Shown here: positions 1 through 9,906 of the stretch, piece by piece
Numbering within the stretch: position 1 is the stretch's first letter
How the letters are laid out: each line of letters opens with the position of its first letter
Assembly (NCBI RefSeq): GCF_000008565.1
Contig: NC_001263.1
Span: 1,334,418-1,346,865 of the forward strand
Length of the DNA stretch: 12,448 nt
DNA from: Deinococcus radiodurans R1 = ATCC 13939 = DSM 20539
GTDB taxonomy: Bacteria; Deinococcota; Deinococci; Deinococcales; Deinococcaceae
Reading direction: 5' to 3'
Position numbers and translations under genes: made by a program
The notes under the pieces: generated by a model
The model's database searches: none
Told to the model about the DNA's origin: nothing
What the model saw: the letters and a program-made list of their open reading frames with translations, nothing else

Positions 1-602
1 GCCTGGGCCGCCCGCCGCACCGCGCTGCCCTTGCTGGTGCCCGCCGCCGTGATACTCAGAAAGCTGATGCCGGGCATGGCCGGGCTGACCGACGGGTGCT
101 GGTCGGTGCCGGGCTGCGGGTGGGCGAGCAGCGCCGCTTCCTCGGCGCGGGGCACCACCCACTGCGCCCGCACGATGGTGCCGGGCAGGTCCTCGGGCTG
201 CCGGGGCTGGTAGGGCACCCCCAGCAAGCGGGCGTGCTGCTCGGCGTACTCGCCCGGCGGCGTGAAGGCGTACTCGGTGTCGGTGTAGACCTCCAGCAGT
301 TGTCCGCTGCGCTGCGCCTGGGCGAGCAGCGCGGGCAACACCTCGGGCGGCAGTGGGGTGGAGAGGCTCTCGCCAGTGTCCACCCGCATACAGGTCGCGC
401 CGTTCTGGAAGACGTGCCAGCCGTCGGGGTCGAGCCGCCGGGCGTAGTTCAGCGCGTTGCCGAACGCCGGGCGCCCGCTGCACAGCACCAGCCGCACCCC
501 CTGCGCTCTGGCGCCTTCCAGGGCCGCCCATACGTCGTCCCGCACCCGGTTGTCGGTCCCGATCAGGGTGCCGTCTACGTCTATGCAGATCATTCCCAGC
601 AT
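1..602 (-). CDS. Cof-type HAD-IIB family hydrolase, partial (C-terminus beyond the left edge)
   Basis: My translation of the minus strand from ATG 602..600 gives [20 protein letters not shown]...VLCSGRP...[15 protein letters not shown]. It contains the HAD motif I DxDGT and a Cof-like SKG motif. The frame is open to position 1, so it is missing from the ORF track. An alternative ATG lies at 593. Confidence 0.8.
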   Translation of the reverse strand, partial: MLGMICIDVDGTLIGTDNRVRDDVWAALEGARAQGVRLVLCSGRPAFGNALNYARRLDPDGWHVFQNGATCMRVDTGESLSTPLPPEVLPALLAQAQRSGQLLEVYTDTEYAFTPPGEYAEQHARLLGVPYQPRQPEDLPGTIVRAQWVVPRAEEAALLAHPQPGTDQHPSVSPAMPGISFLSITAAGTSKGSAVRRAAQ

Positions 603-609
603 GGCGCCC

Positions 610-616
610 AGTGTAG
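610..616 (-). promoter_or_regulatory. -10-like box CTACACT, 7 nt upstream of the HAD ATG (leaderless-type promoter)
   Basis: The minus strand reads CTACACTgggcgccATG with no Shine-Dalgarno sequence. The same heptamer occurs before the phzF-like and nagZ-like ATGs. Confidence 0.5.
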
Positions 617-621
617 TGGCC

Positions 622-1506
622 TCAGCCCGGCCAGACCCCTTCGCGCTCCACCGCCGCGCAGCCGCCCACCTGCACCGCCTCCACCCGTGTGCCGCGCACC
701 TCCACCTCGACTTCGATTTCGCCGGGGGTGCCGAGCGCGTGGCCCTGGTAAATCAGCCCGGAGGCCCGGTTCCCACGCAGGGGCAAGCGGCCCTCGCTTG
801 CCAGCAGCGCCAGCAGTGCCCCGCCCGCGCTGCCCGTGACCGGGTCTTCAGGAATCCCCACCAAGGGCGCAAAATCACGGGCGGCAAAGCGGTTGACGCC
901 CACCGGCGCGTAGGCGTACACGCTGACCACGCCGAGCTCGCGGCTCAGCTCGGCAATGCGCGGAAGGTCGGGTTCCAGTCCTTCGAGCAAGGAGGCGTCG
1001 AGCAGCGGCAAAAAGACGCTCCACAGCCCGGTGCTCGCCGCCGCCAGGGGCAGCCCCCGGTGCAGCAGGCGGTCGCTCAGGCCCAGCGCCTCGGCGAGTT
1101 CGCGGTGCCAGCCTCGCCCCACGGCGCGGGTTCCAAAGGCGGGTTGGTGCATCCACACCCGGCACTCGCCGCCGCCCGCATCCAGCACCAGCCGCAGCGG
1201 AATGCGCCCGGCCAGGGTTTCGAGTTCCAGCGCCTCGCCCCGCCAGCGGCCCGCCTGCGCCAGCACCCGCCCGAGCGCCACCGTCGCGTGCCCGCAAAAG
1301 TCCACCTCCTGCGTGGGCGTGAAGTAGCGCACCCGCCCCAGACCGTCACTCAGCCGCGTCACGAACACCGTCTCGGGCGCTTCCAGAAAGGCCGCGAGCC
1401 GCTGCATCTGCTCGCCTGTCAGTTCGCCCGCGTCCAGCACCACCCCCGCCCGGTTCCCCTGGCCGGGCACAGTGGTGAAAGCAGCAACTTCGGCATAACG
1501 CGTCAT
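622..1506 (-). CDS. PhzF-family isomerase-like protein (294 aa)
   Basis: This is the internal ATG (codon 87) of track ORF 622..1764. The product reads [24 protein letters not shown]...ETVFV...[18 protein letters not shown], which are typical PhzF-family N-terminal motifs. The upstream 86 codons are Pro/Ser/Thr/Lys-rich and overlap the terminator and the small ORF. Confidence 0.85.
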   Translation of the reverse strand: MTRYAEVAAFTTVPGQGNRAGVVLDAGELTGEQMQRLAAFLEAPETVFVTRLSDGLGRVRYFTPTQEVDFCGHATVALGRVLAQAGRWRGEALELETLAGRIPLRLVLDAGGGECRVWMHQPAFGTRAVGRGWHRELAEALGLSDRLLHRGLPLAAASTGLWSVFLPLLDASLLEGLEPDLPRIAELSRELGVVSVYAYAPVGVNRFAARDFAPLVGIPEDPVTGSAGGALLALLASEGRLPLRGNRASGLIYQGHALGTPGEIEVEVEVRGTRVEAVQVGGCAAVEREGVWPG

Positions 1507-1512
1507 GGGGGC

Positions 1513-1519
1513 AGTGTAG
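1513..1519 (-). promoter_or_regulatory. -10-like box CTACACT, 6 nt upstream of the phzF-like ATG (leaderless-type promoter)
   Basis: The minus strand reads gttCTACACTgcccccATG with no SD. Confidence 0.5.
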
Positions 1520-1548
1520 AACTTCCGGGCCGGTTCTTCTGTGCCCAT

Positions 1549-1579
1549 AAAAAAACCACCCAGGCGCGGAGCCGGGTGG
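1549..1579 (-). terminator. Rho-independent terminator of the small acidic ORF
   Basis: The minus strand reads CCACCC-GGC-TCCGC-GCC-T-GGGTGG followed by TTTTTTT. It starts 19 nt after the stop codon at 1598. Confidence 0.8.
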
Positions 1580-1597
1580 AGAGGAGTGGGGAAGAGG

Positions 1598-1777
1598 TTA
1601 CAGGTCGAGCGGGTCCGGGCTTTCGGTGGCGATTTTGGCCTGGTCCTTTTCGTTTTCCTTGATGACTTCCTGCTTGCCTTCGCCGCCGAGTCCGGGGTTG
1701 ATGTTCTCAGAGGTGGCGTCGGGCAGGTCGGCAGCGACGTTGCTGTCGGTGGTGGCGAGATCACCGGGATCGGTCAT
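1598..1777 (-). CDS. Small acidic hydrophilic protein, 59 aa, unknown function
   Basis: The product is [59 protein letters not shown]. An AAGGAG SD sits 7 nt before ATG 1777, third codon positions strongly favour C/G, and the gene has its own terminator. Confidence 0.65.
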   Translation of the reverse strand: MTDPGDLATTDSNVAADLPDATSENINPGLGGEGKQEVIKENEKDQAKIATESPDPLDL

Positions 1778-1874
1778 GGCAGGTCTCCTTGCGGCGGCGA
1801 GCGGGGGGACAGAAGCTGCCGCCTGCATTTCCGATGTTGTCACGCCCCCGCCCGGAGAGGCATCTGAACAGGCT

Positions 1875-2273
1875 TTAGCAATCGGCCACTGTTGGCGCCA
1901 GAAAGGCTGCTTCACCCGGCAGCCCCCGCTCGCCGCGCACCAGCCGAGCACGGCGGCCCCGCGCCTCGGGGCGAAAGCCGTAGCTCAACACGGCGGGCGC
2001 GTCCACGTCGAGCACGGCGTAAGGGTTGTAGAGCGCGAGGTGAAGGTCGGGCCGCGCTCCCGCCAGCGCCGTTTGCCTGTGCCGGAAGGTGGTCGCCAGA
2101 ATCAGCGGCAGGCCCCGGCCCCGCAGCGCCGCCCAGTTGAGGTCCGCCGCGTCGTCGACGGCGTGCAACTCCACGTCGTACACCTGCCCCAGCTCACGCG
2201 CGAGCGTCTGTGCGTCGGCGGCGGCCTCGCTCACCGTCTCGCGCTGCGGTTGCCGCCACGCGACGAGCAGCAC
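1875..2273 (-). CDS. GH3 C-terminal-like segment, in the same frame as the upstream nagZ-like ORF (probably one interrupted gene)
   Basis: Same reading frame as 2343..3389, since 3389-2273 is divisible by 3. Only one stop codon (TGA 2345..2343) lies between them, and codons 2342..2274 are open. The segment contains [22 protein letters not shown] and [10 protein letters not shown], resembling GH3 C-terminal motifs, and has high GC3. Confidence 0.55.
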   Translation of the reverse strand: MLLVAWRQPQRETVSEAAADAQTLARELGQVYDVELHAVDDAADLNWAALRGRGLPLILATTFRHRQTALAGARPDLHLALYNPYAVLDVDAPAVLSYGFRPEARGRRARLVRGERGLPGEAAFLAPTVADC

Positions 2274-2342
2274 CCGCGAGCCGGGCGTGGGCGGCTGCGG
2301 CAGGCGGCCCTGCGCGTCGGGCCACGCCGTCAGGCCCCGCGC

Positions 2343-3389
2343 TCAGGCATCTGCGAGCAGCGCAGCGTCCGCCTGCGGGTCGAGGGTTTCGTCCGCCTGC
2401 GCCGGAAAGCGCCGGGCGAGGGCACGCAGCCGTTCCCGCTTGGTCGCCACCGCCGCCTGATTCTCGGGCACATACTCCGCCACCGCTGCCAGCGTCGCCT
2501 GCTGCACCTCGCGGCGACCCAGCGCCATGACCAGATCGGCCCCCGCCCGCAGCGCCCGCACCGCCGCCTCGCCCCGGCCATAGTTCGCGTCGATCGCTTG
2601 CATTCCCATGCTGTCGGTCACGATGACGCCGTCGTAGCCCCACTCCTCGCGCAGCAGCCCGGTCAGAATGCGCGGCGAAAGGGTCGCCGGATGCTCGGCG
2701 TCGAGCGCGTCGTACACGATGTGCGCGGTCATGATGGCGGGCGTCTCGGGCAGCAGAGCACGGAAGGGCGCGAGTTCGCCCGCGTCCAGCTCGGCGCGGC
2801 TTTTGCTCACGCGTGGCAGGGCGAGGTGACTGTCCTGGTGGGTGTCGCCGTGACCGGGAAAATGCTTGGCGCAGGGCGCCACCCCCTCCCGCGTGTGTCC
2901 GGCGAGCGCGGCCCGCCCATGCCGCGTGACCCGCGCCGCGTCCGAGCCGTAAGCGCGGTCCCCGATCACCGGATTGGCTGGATTCACGTTGATGTCGAGC
3001 ACCGGCGTGAAGTTCCAGTTGATCCCCACCGAGCGCAGTTGCCGTGCCAGCGCTGCGTTCACGTCCTCGGTGAGCTGCTGGTCGTCCGCCGCCCCCAGGC
3101 TCATCGCACTCGGCGCGAACGGCCAGAACTCGGGCCGGGTAATCGCCCCCCCCTCGTGGTCGATGGCGATCAGCGCGTGCTCACCCATCACCTCGCGCAG
3201 GTCCGCGCAGAGGCGTCGCAGTTGCTCGGCGCTCTCCACGTTTTTCCCAAACAGGCACACTGCGCCGATGCCGTGTTCGCGCAAATAAGCAGCGGTGTCT
3301 TTGTCGAGTTCGGGGCCGGGAAGGTCGATCATCAGCAGTTGGCCGGGCCGCACGGGGTCAAGCCGGGAAGGTTCAGATATGGGAGACAT
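2343..3389 (-). CDS. nagZ: Beta-N-acetylhexosaminidase, glycoside hydrolase family 3 (NagZ-like catalytic domain, 348 aa)
   Basis: Motifs [22 protein letters not shown] and [10 protein letters not shown] are present. ATG 3389 is the most upstream start in this frame. Confidence 0.85.
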   Translation of the reverse strand: MSPISEPSRLDPVRPGQLLMIDLPGPELDKDTAAYLREHGIGAVCLFGKNVESAEQLRRLCADLREVMGEHALIAIDHEGGAITRPEFWPFAPSAMSLGAADDQQLTEDVNAALARQLRSVGINWNFTPVLDINVNPANPVIGDRAYGSDAARVTRHGRAALAGHTREGVAPCAKHFPGHGDTHQDSHLALPRVSKSRAELDAGELAPFRALLPETPAIMTAHIVYDALDAEHPATLSPRILTGLLREEWGYDGVIVTDSMGMQAIDANYGRGEAAVRALRAGADLVMALGRREVQQATLAAVAEYVPENQAAVATKRERLRALARRFPAQADETLDPQADAALLADA

Positions 3390-3396
3390 GCAGCGA

Positions 3397-3403
3397 AGTG
3401 TAG
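3397..3403 (-). promoter_or_regulatory. -10-like box CTACACT, 7 nt upstream of the nagZ ATG (leaderless-type promoter)
   Basis: The minus strand reads ccgCTACACTtcgctgcATG with no SD adjacent to the ATG. Confidence 0.45.
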
Positions 3404-3469
3404 CGGCGGGCCCTCATGCCACAGCTCCTATATAGAAAATTTATTTTTATATGAAAACAATGCACAAAG

Positions 3470-3476
3470 AAAGGAA
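3470..3476. repeat. Target-site duplication, left copy (AAAGGAA)
   Basis: Identical 7-mer at 4799..4805, directly flanking the IS ends. It becomes 8 bp (GAAAGGAA) if the boundary G at 4798 is counted. Confidence 0.7.
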
Positions 3477-3495
3477 CAATGGTTCGTGCAGTTTT
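3477..3495. repeat. Terminal inverted repeat (transposase-distal end)
   Basis: CAATGGTTCGTGCAGTTTT is the reverse complement of 4780..4798. The transposase stop codon TAA (3496..3494) straddles the inner edge of this repeat (two of its three bases lie inside it). Confidence 0.9.
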
Positions 3496-4744
3496 AGGCG
3501 GCTTTGAGGCCGAAATTTAGCGGACTGGACGGCAGATGTTCTAATTCTTCAAAGCGGGCCGAGAGATCCAACTTGGACAAAATCACTTGGGCCAGCAGGG
3601 CGTTATACGCCCTGCGTTTCATGTCTTCGAGACTGAACACCAGATTCTGTCCGCCCTCTGCTGCTCGCAGGGCCTCAAGGCGACAGAGGTTCAGGGTCAG
3701 CAAGACCACGTTCCAATGCGCCTCAATGCCTGGCTGTGACCGCAATTGCACATCCTGGCCTCCCAGGAACTGCTTGGCATCCCGGAAGATCAGTTCAATC
3801 TCGAAACGGCTCCGGTACAGCGCAATGACCTCATGAGCGGGCATCGTCACAGCGGTGCTGAACAGCACCGCGTAACCCGTCACTTGACCCTTTTTACCGA
3901 CCTGCTGGATGACGACTGCACGCACTTCTCGCGCCCACTGCACGCTCCAGACCACCTGAGTCCACACCCGCTCGGTCGACGTTTCAGAAACGAGGTCAAA
4001 GCGCTGCAAGTCGCTGAAATCCACCTTGCCGTCGAACTTTTTTGGCCGTCCGCGTCGTCTGGGATGCTCGCCGGTATAGAGATACTTGAGGTTGGCGTTG
4101 CGAGGAAATCTGGAGATGAATGGGAGACCGTGACCGGTCACGGTCTCCACCATGGATTCTTTCGCATAGTTCCCATCCGCAACCACAGCGGCCAGATCAA
4201 GCCGTGGAACAGTCTGGAGATCAAGCAACACGTCATCCAGCTGGTCAGCGGCCTGTTCCAGACGACTCGGGGCCTCAGACCCGGTCCGGGTCTGACGGAC
4301 ATCGACCGTAAATGCCTGTCGGTGCTGGACGTCAATCAGGGCACAGCAGGATTGCTCGATCCCACGTTCGGTCCGTGCGGCACAGCCATTCCAGAACGAG
4401 CCGAGGTGTGCGGTGTGCTGACCAGATTTGCGGTGAAAAGAGGCGTCGATGGCCAGAACGCACAGTGGGCTGATCAGCCCACTCTCAATCGCCGTGCTCA
4501 CAGTCGCCCGGTGTACTGCGCCCCAGGGAATGGCCCCGGGGTCACTTCGGTGCAGCCAACGACGGATCGTACTCTCTGAGCAGGCCGCATATCGGGAGAG
4601 GTTCAGGACGTTCAGCCGTCCAGGAACAGCGAGAAATACGCTAAGCAGCACGGTCAGAAAATTCCGCTGCGTCTTGCGCAGCGGGACCGCGCTGAGAACG
4701 TACTGTAGGATAGCCATTAGACCCATTGGAAGCGGTGTGTTCAC
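3494..4744 (-). CDS. IS4-family DDE transposase (416 aa from GTG 4744; ATG alternatives at codons 7 and 10)
   Basis: Candidate catalytic residues lie in VLAIDASF (D), AVVADGNYAKE (D) and YRSRFEIELIFRDAKQ. The last motif fits the Y-2-R-3-E-6-K spacing of the IS4 family. Confidence 0.9.
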   Translation of the reverse strand: MNTPLPMGLMAILQYVLSAVPLRKTQRNFLTVLLSVFLAVPGRLNVLNLSRYAACSESTIRRWLHRSDPGAIPWGAVHRATVSTAIESGLISPLCVLAIDASFHRKSGQHTAHLGSFWNGCAARTERGIEQSCCALIDVQHRQAFTVDVRQTRTGSEAPSRLEQAADQLDDVLLDLQTVPRLDLAAVVADGNYAKESMVETVTGHGLPFISRFPRNANLKYLYTGEHPRRRGRPKKFDGKVDFSDLQRFDLVSETSTERVWTQVVWSVQWAREVRAVVIQQVGKKGQVTGYAVLFSTAVTMPAHEVIALYRSRFEIELIFRDAKQFLGGQDVQLRSQPGIEAHWNVVLLTLNLCRLEALRAAEGGQNLVFSLEDMKRRAYNALLAQVILSKLDLSARFEELEHLPSSPLNFGLKAA

Positions 4745-4779
4745 AGCCCCATTTTCGGTGGGTCTTTCTTTGTGACCTC

Positions 4780-4798
4780 AAAACTGCACGAACCATTG
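4780..4798. repeat. Terminal inverted repeat (transposase-proximal end)
   Basis: AAAACTGCACGAACCATTG is the reverse complement of 3477..3495. Confidence 0.9.
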
Positions 4799-4805
4799 AA
4801 AGGAA
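4799..4805. repeat. Target-site duplication, right copy (AAAGGAA)
   Basis: Matches 3470..3476. Confidence 0.7.
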
Positions 4806-4837
4806 AGGGAGGAGAGGAAAAACCCATCCCCCTTCCC
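4802..4837 (-). terminator. Candidate ileS terminator hairpin (imperfect)
   Basis: On the minus strand GGGAAGGGGG pairs with CUCCCUUUCC, giving about 10 bp including 2 G-U pairs, with a 16-nt loop. It is followed by UUU and then the IS end. Before the insertion the tail would have read UUUCUUUGUG. Confidence 0.35.
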
Positions 4838-4841
4838 ATAC

Positions 4842-8078
<3,237 letters not shown>

Positions 8079-8462
8079 GAATGCTCCGTTGAGAGTTGAT
8101 GGGTGATGGTGGATGGAGCTTTCGTGAGGGCAGAAGAAGCAGTCTCTCTCAACCGTCTCCCATCACCCATCAGCAAAAACCCCGCCCCAGCCGCGCATTC
8201 AGACCTTCGCCTGAGCACTTGCCGGGACGCGCTGGAGCTTGCCGCGTGGTACCACCCAACTTCACCGCCCATATTTGGCGGTCTCATTCCAAGGCCCTCT
8301 GCCGGGGGGCGTCCGGGCAGGTCTAGTGGGCCGCAGGCCGTTCTTCTGCCGGCGCGGGAGGGGATCTTCGCGGCTCGGTCGGGGGCGGTCAGGCTCTCAC
8401 CGTCCCTGACTCGCTCTTGCCCCCGTGTCCGAGGCTACTGGCCTCACGTTCGCCTGGGTTGT
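8079..8462 (-). promoter_or_regulatory. T-box leader (tRNA-sensing riboswitch) of ileS
   Basis: The minus strand carries GUUGGGUGGUACCACGCGG (8260..8242), matching the T-box consensus. An antiterminator fold is possible as GGG / UGGUACC bulge / ACGCG-loop-CGCGU / CCC. A Stem III hairpin (ACCGCC-AAAUAUG-GGCGGU) spans 8282..8264. Stem I elements span 8450..8355 and include AGUA opposite GAA followed by G-AUC-C. Confidence 0.8.
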
Positions 8463-8468
8463 CCGGGC

Positions 8469-8498
8469 ATGTTAAGGCGGGGCGGGGCCAGGGGTCAA
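8469..8498 (-). promoter_or_regulatory. Candidate sigma70-type promoter for the ileS T-box leader
   Basis: Minus strand TTGACC (8498..8493), an 18-nt spacer, then TAACAT (8474..8469). The alternative is TTAACA with a 17-nt spacer. Confidence 0.5.
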
Positions 8499-8717
8499 TG
8501 CGCCATTCAGCGGAGGACCGCACGGAAGCGCGGGGCAGCGTTTAGACAGCCCCCCGGCCCGCTGCCCGCGCCGGCCCAGCCCTGCACCGTAGGTGGAGGC
8601 CGTGTCCCAGCCCCCTACTTCCCCCGCGCCGCCCGCCGGGGGCTTTCCGACTGGGGCGCTGGTGGCTTCGCGGCGGCGCACTCCTCGCCCGCGCAGGGGG
8701 CCAGCGCCCTGGCGAGC

Positions 8718-9764
8718 ATGTACCTGCTCCTGGGCGTGATGGGCATGACCCTGTGCTGGCGCTACCGGGTGCCGGTGGTTCTCGGCTGGAACACGCCGGG
8801 GCTGGCGGTTCTGATCGCCTCGGCGGGCCGGTTCACGGCGGCGGAAGTCGTGGGGGCGCTGCTCGTCAGCGGGGCGGTGCTGGCACTGGTGGGCCTGAGC
8901 CGGGCCTTCGACTGGCTGGCCCGCACCCTGCCGTTGCCGCTGGCCTTGGCGCTGCTGGCCGGGGTGCTGCTGCCGTTCGTGCTGCGTGGACTGGCGGCCA
9001 TTCCGCAGGCTCCGGCGCTCACCCTGCCCACCCTGCTCGCCTACCTGCTGGCCCGCGTGTTCGCGCCGCGCTGGGCGGTGCCGCTGGCACTGGTGACCGG
9101 GGTAACGGTGGCGGCCCTGACTGGGCAACTGCATTTGAGCGCCCTGGGCCATACGTCGCTGCTGGCACGGCCCGAGTGGATCACTCCCACGTTCAGCTCT
9201 CAGGCGCTGCTCACCCTGGCGCTGCCCTGCACTATCCTGGCGCTGACCTCGCAGCATCTGGCGGGTATGGCGGTGTTGCACACCCACGGTTACCGGCAGG
9301 TGCCGCCCGCGCTGCTCGTCACGGTCACGGGCGCCGCGTCTGCCCTCGCCGCGCCGCTCGGCAGCGTGACCATGAACATGGGGGCCATCACAGCGGCCAT
9401 CTGCATGGGCCCGGACGTTCACCCCGACCCGAACCGCCACTACGTCGCGGGGCTGGCCTGCGCGGGCGGTTACCTCGTCCTGGGCCTGTGCGCGGGCGCC
9501 CTGCTCGGCCTCGCCGGAAGTTTCCCCGCGCCGCTGATGCAACTGCTGGCAGGACTCGCGCTCCTCGGCTCGGTGCTCAGCGGCCTGCAAAATGCCCTGA
9601 GCGACCCGCGCTGGCGCGAGGGGGCGCTGCTCGCCTTCGCCTGTACCGCTGCCGGTTTCAGTTTTCTGAATATCGGCGGAGCGCTGTGGGGTCTGCTGCT
9701 CGGCTGGGGCAGCGCCGCGCTCGCGCAGTGGGCGCAGCGGGAAAAAGGCGGTGGGCTGGCCTGA
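8718..9764 (+). CDS. benE: BenE-family (benzoate/H+ symporter-like) membrane transporter; N-terminus uncertain
   Basis: A polytopic hydrophobic protein. [19 protein letters not shown] resembles the conserved BenE segment YRxPxxxAWSTPGAALL. The first in-frame ATG adjacent to good coding sequence is 8718. Track ORF 8103..9764 extends upstream through the ileS leader and is Arg/Pro-rich there. Confidence 0.7.
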
Positions 9765-9791
9765 AGGTCGAGCGCCCGTTGCACCTGAACA

Positions 9792-9814
9792 GGGGGCACC
9801 CGGCCCCTTTTTTT
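9792..9814 (+). terminator. Rho-independent terminator after benE
   Basis: GGGGC-ACCCG-GCCCC followed by TTTTTTT, about 28 nt after stop codon 9764. Confidence 0.6.
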
Positions 9815-9906
9815 CTGACCGGGGCGGCGTATGCTGGAGGCATCCGGCACAGGTCAGGCAGGGCAAAAGCGGCGCTGGCCCGGCTGTGCCACTCAGGAGG
9901 ACTCAC

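Larger units (their letters stand above)
3477..4798 (-). mobile_element. IS4-family insertion sequence, 1322 bp, single transposase gene
   Basis: It has perfect 19-bp terminal inverted repeats, a flanking direct duplication, and a DDE transposase with a YREK signature. Lower GC than the flanking DNA. Its size and features resemble what I recall for IS2621 of D. radiodurans, but I have not verified this. Confidence 0.9.

Noticed and set aside
3373-3417. A 14-codon upstream ORF ([14 protein letters not shown]) with a good AGGAG SD 7 nt upstream. It overlaps the nagZ start out of frame.
   Set aside because: It is too short to assess and has no recognisable peptide features. It conflicts with the CTACACT leaderless-promoter reading, because the box lies inside it. 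It could matter if transcription starts in the AT-rich island, but I cannot support that from sequence.
1626-3497. Very long plus-strand ORF (623 aa). Similar long ORFs occur at 96..839, 457..1662, 5505..8099, 8472..9866 (-), 8753..9982, 9658..10494 (-) and 10464..11906 (-).
   Set aside because: All lie antisense to, or out of frame with, genes that have clear family motifs (nagZ, ileS, benE, tal, rho, phzF). Their products are Arg/Pro/Gly/Ala-rich with no recognisable domains. This is the expected stop-codon-poor artefact of high-GC DNA.
3746-4579. A 277-aa plus-strand ORF inside the IS, antisense to the transposase.
   Set aside because: It has no start-site signals or motifs. The transposase frame on the opposite strand carries the DDE/YREK signatures and spans the whole element.
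8284-8352. CCGGCAGA occurs twice (each time followed a few nt later by GGCC) on the minus strand between Stem I and Stem III of the T-box leader.
   Set aside because: It is probably part of the Stem II / IIA-B region of the T-box. Eight GC-rich nucleotides repeated once is not significant alone.
9846-9890. A 7-bp inverted repeat, GGCACAG...CTGTGCC, with a 31-nt GC-rich loop in the tal 5' region, just before the SD.
   Set aside because: The stem is short, the loop is large, and it matches no riboswitch motif I recognise. Such pairings are common by chance in GC-rich DNA.
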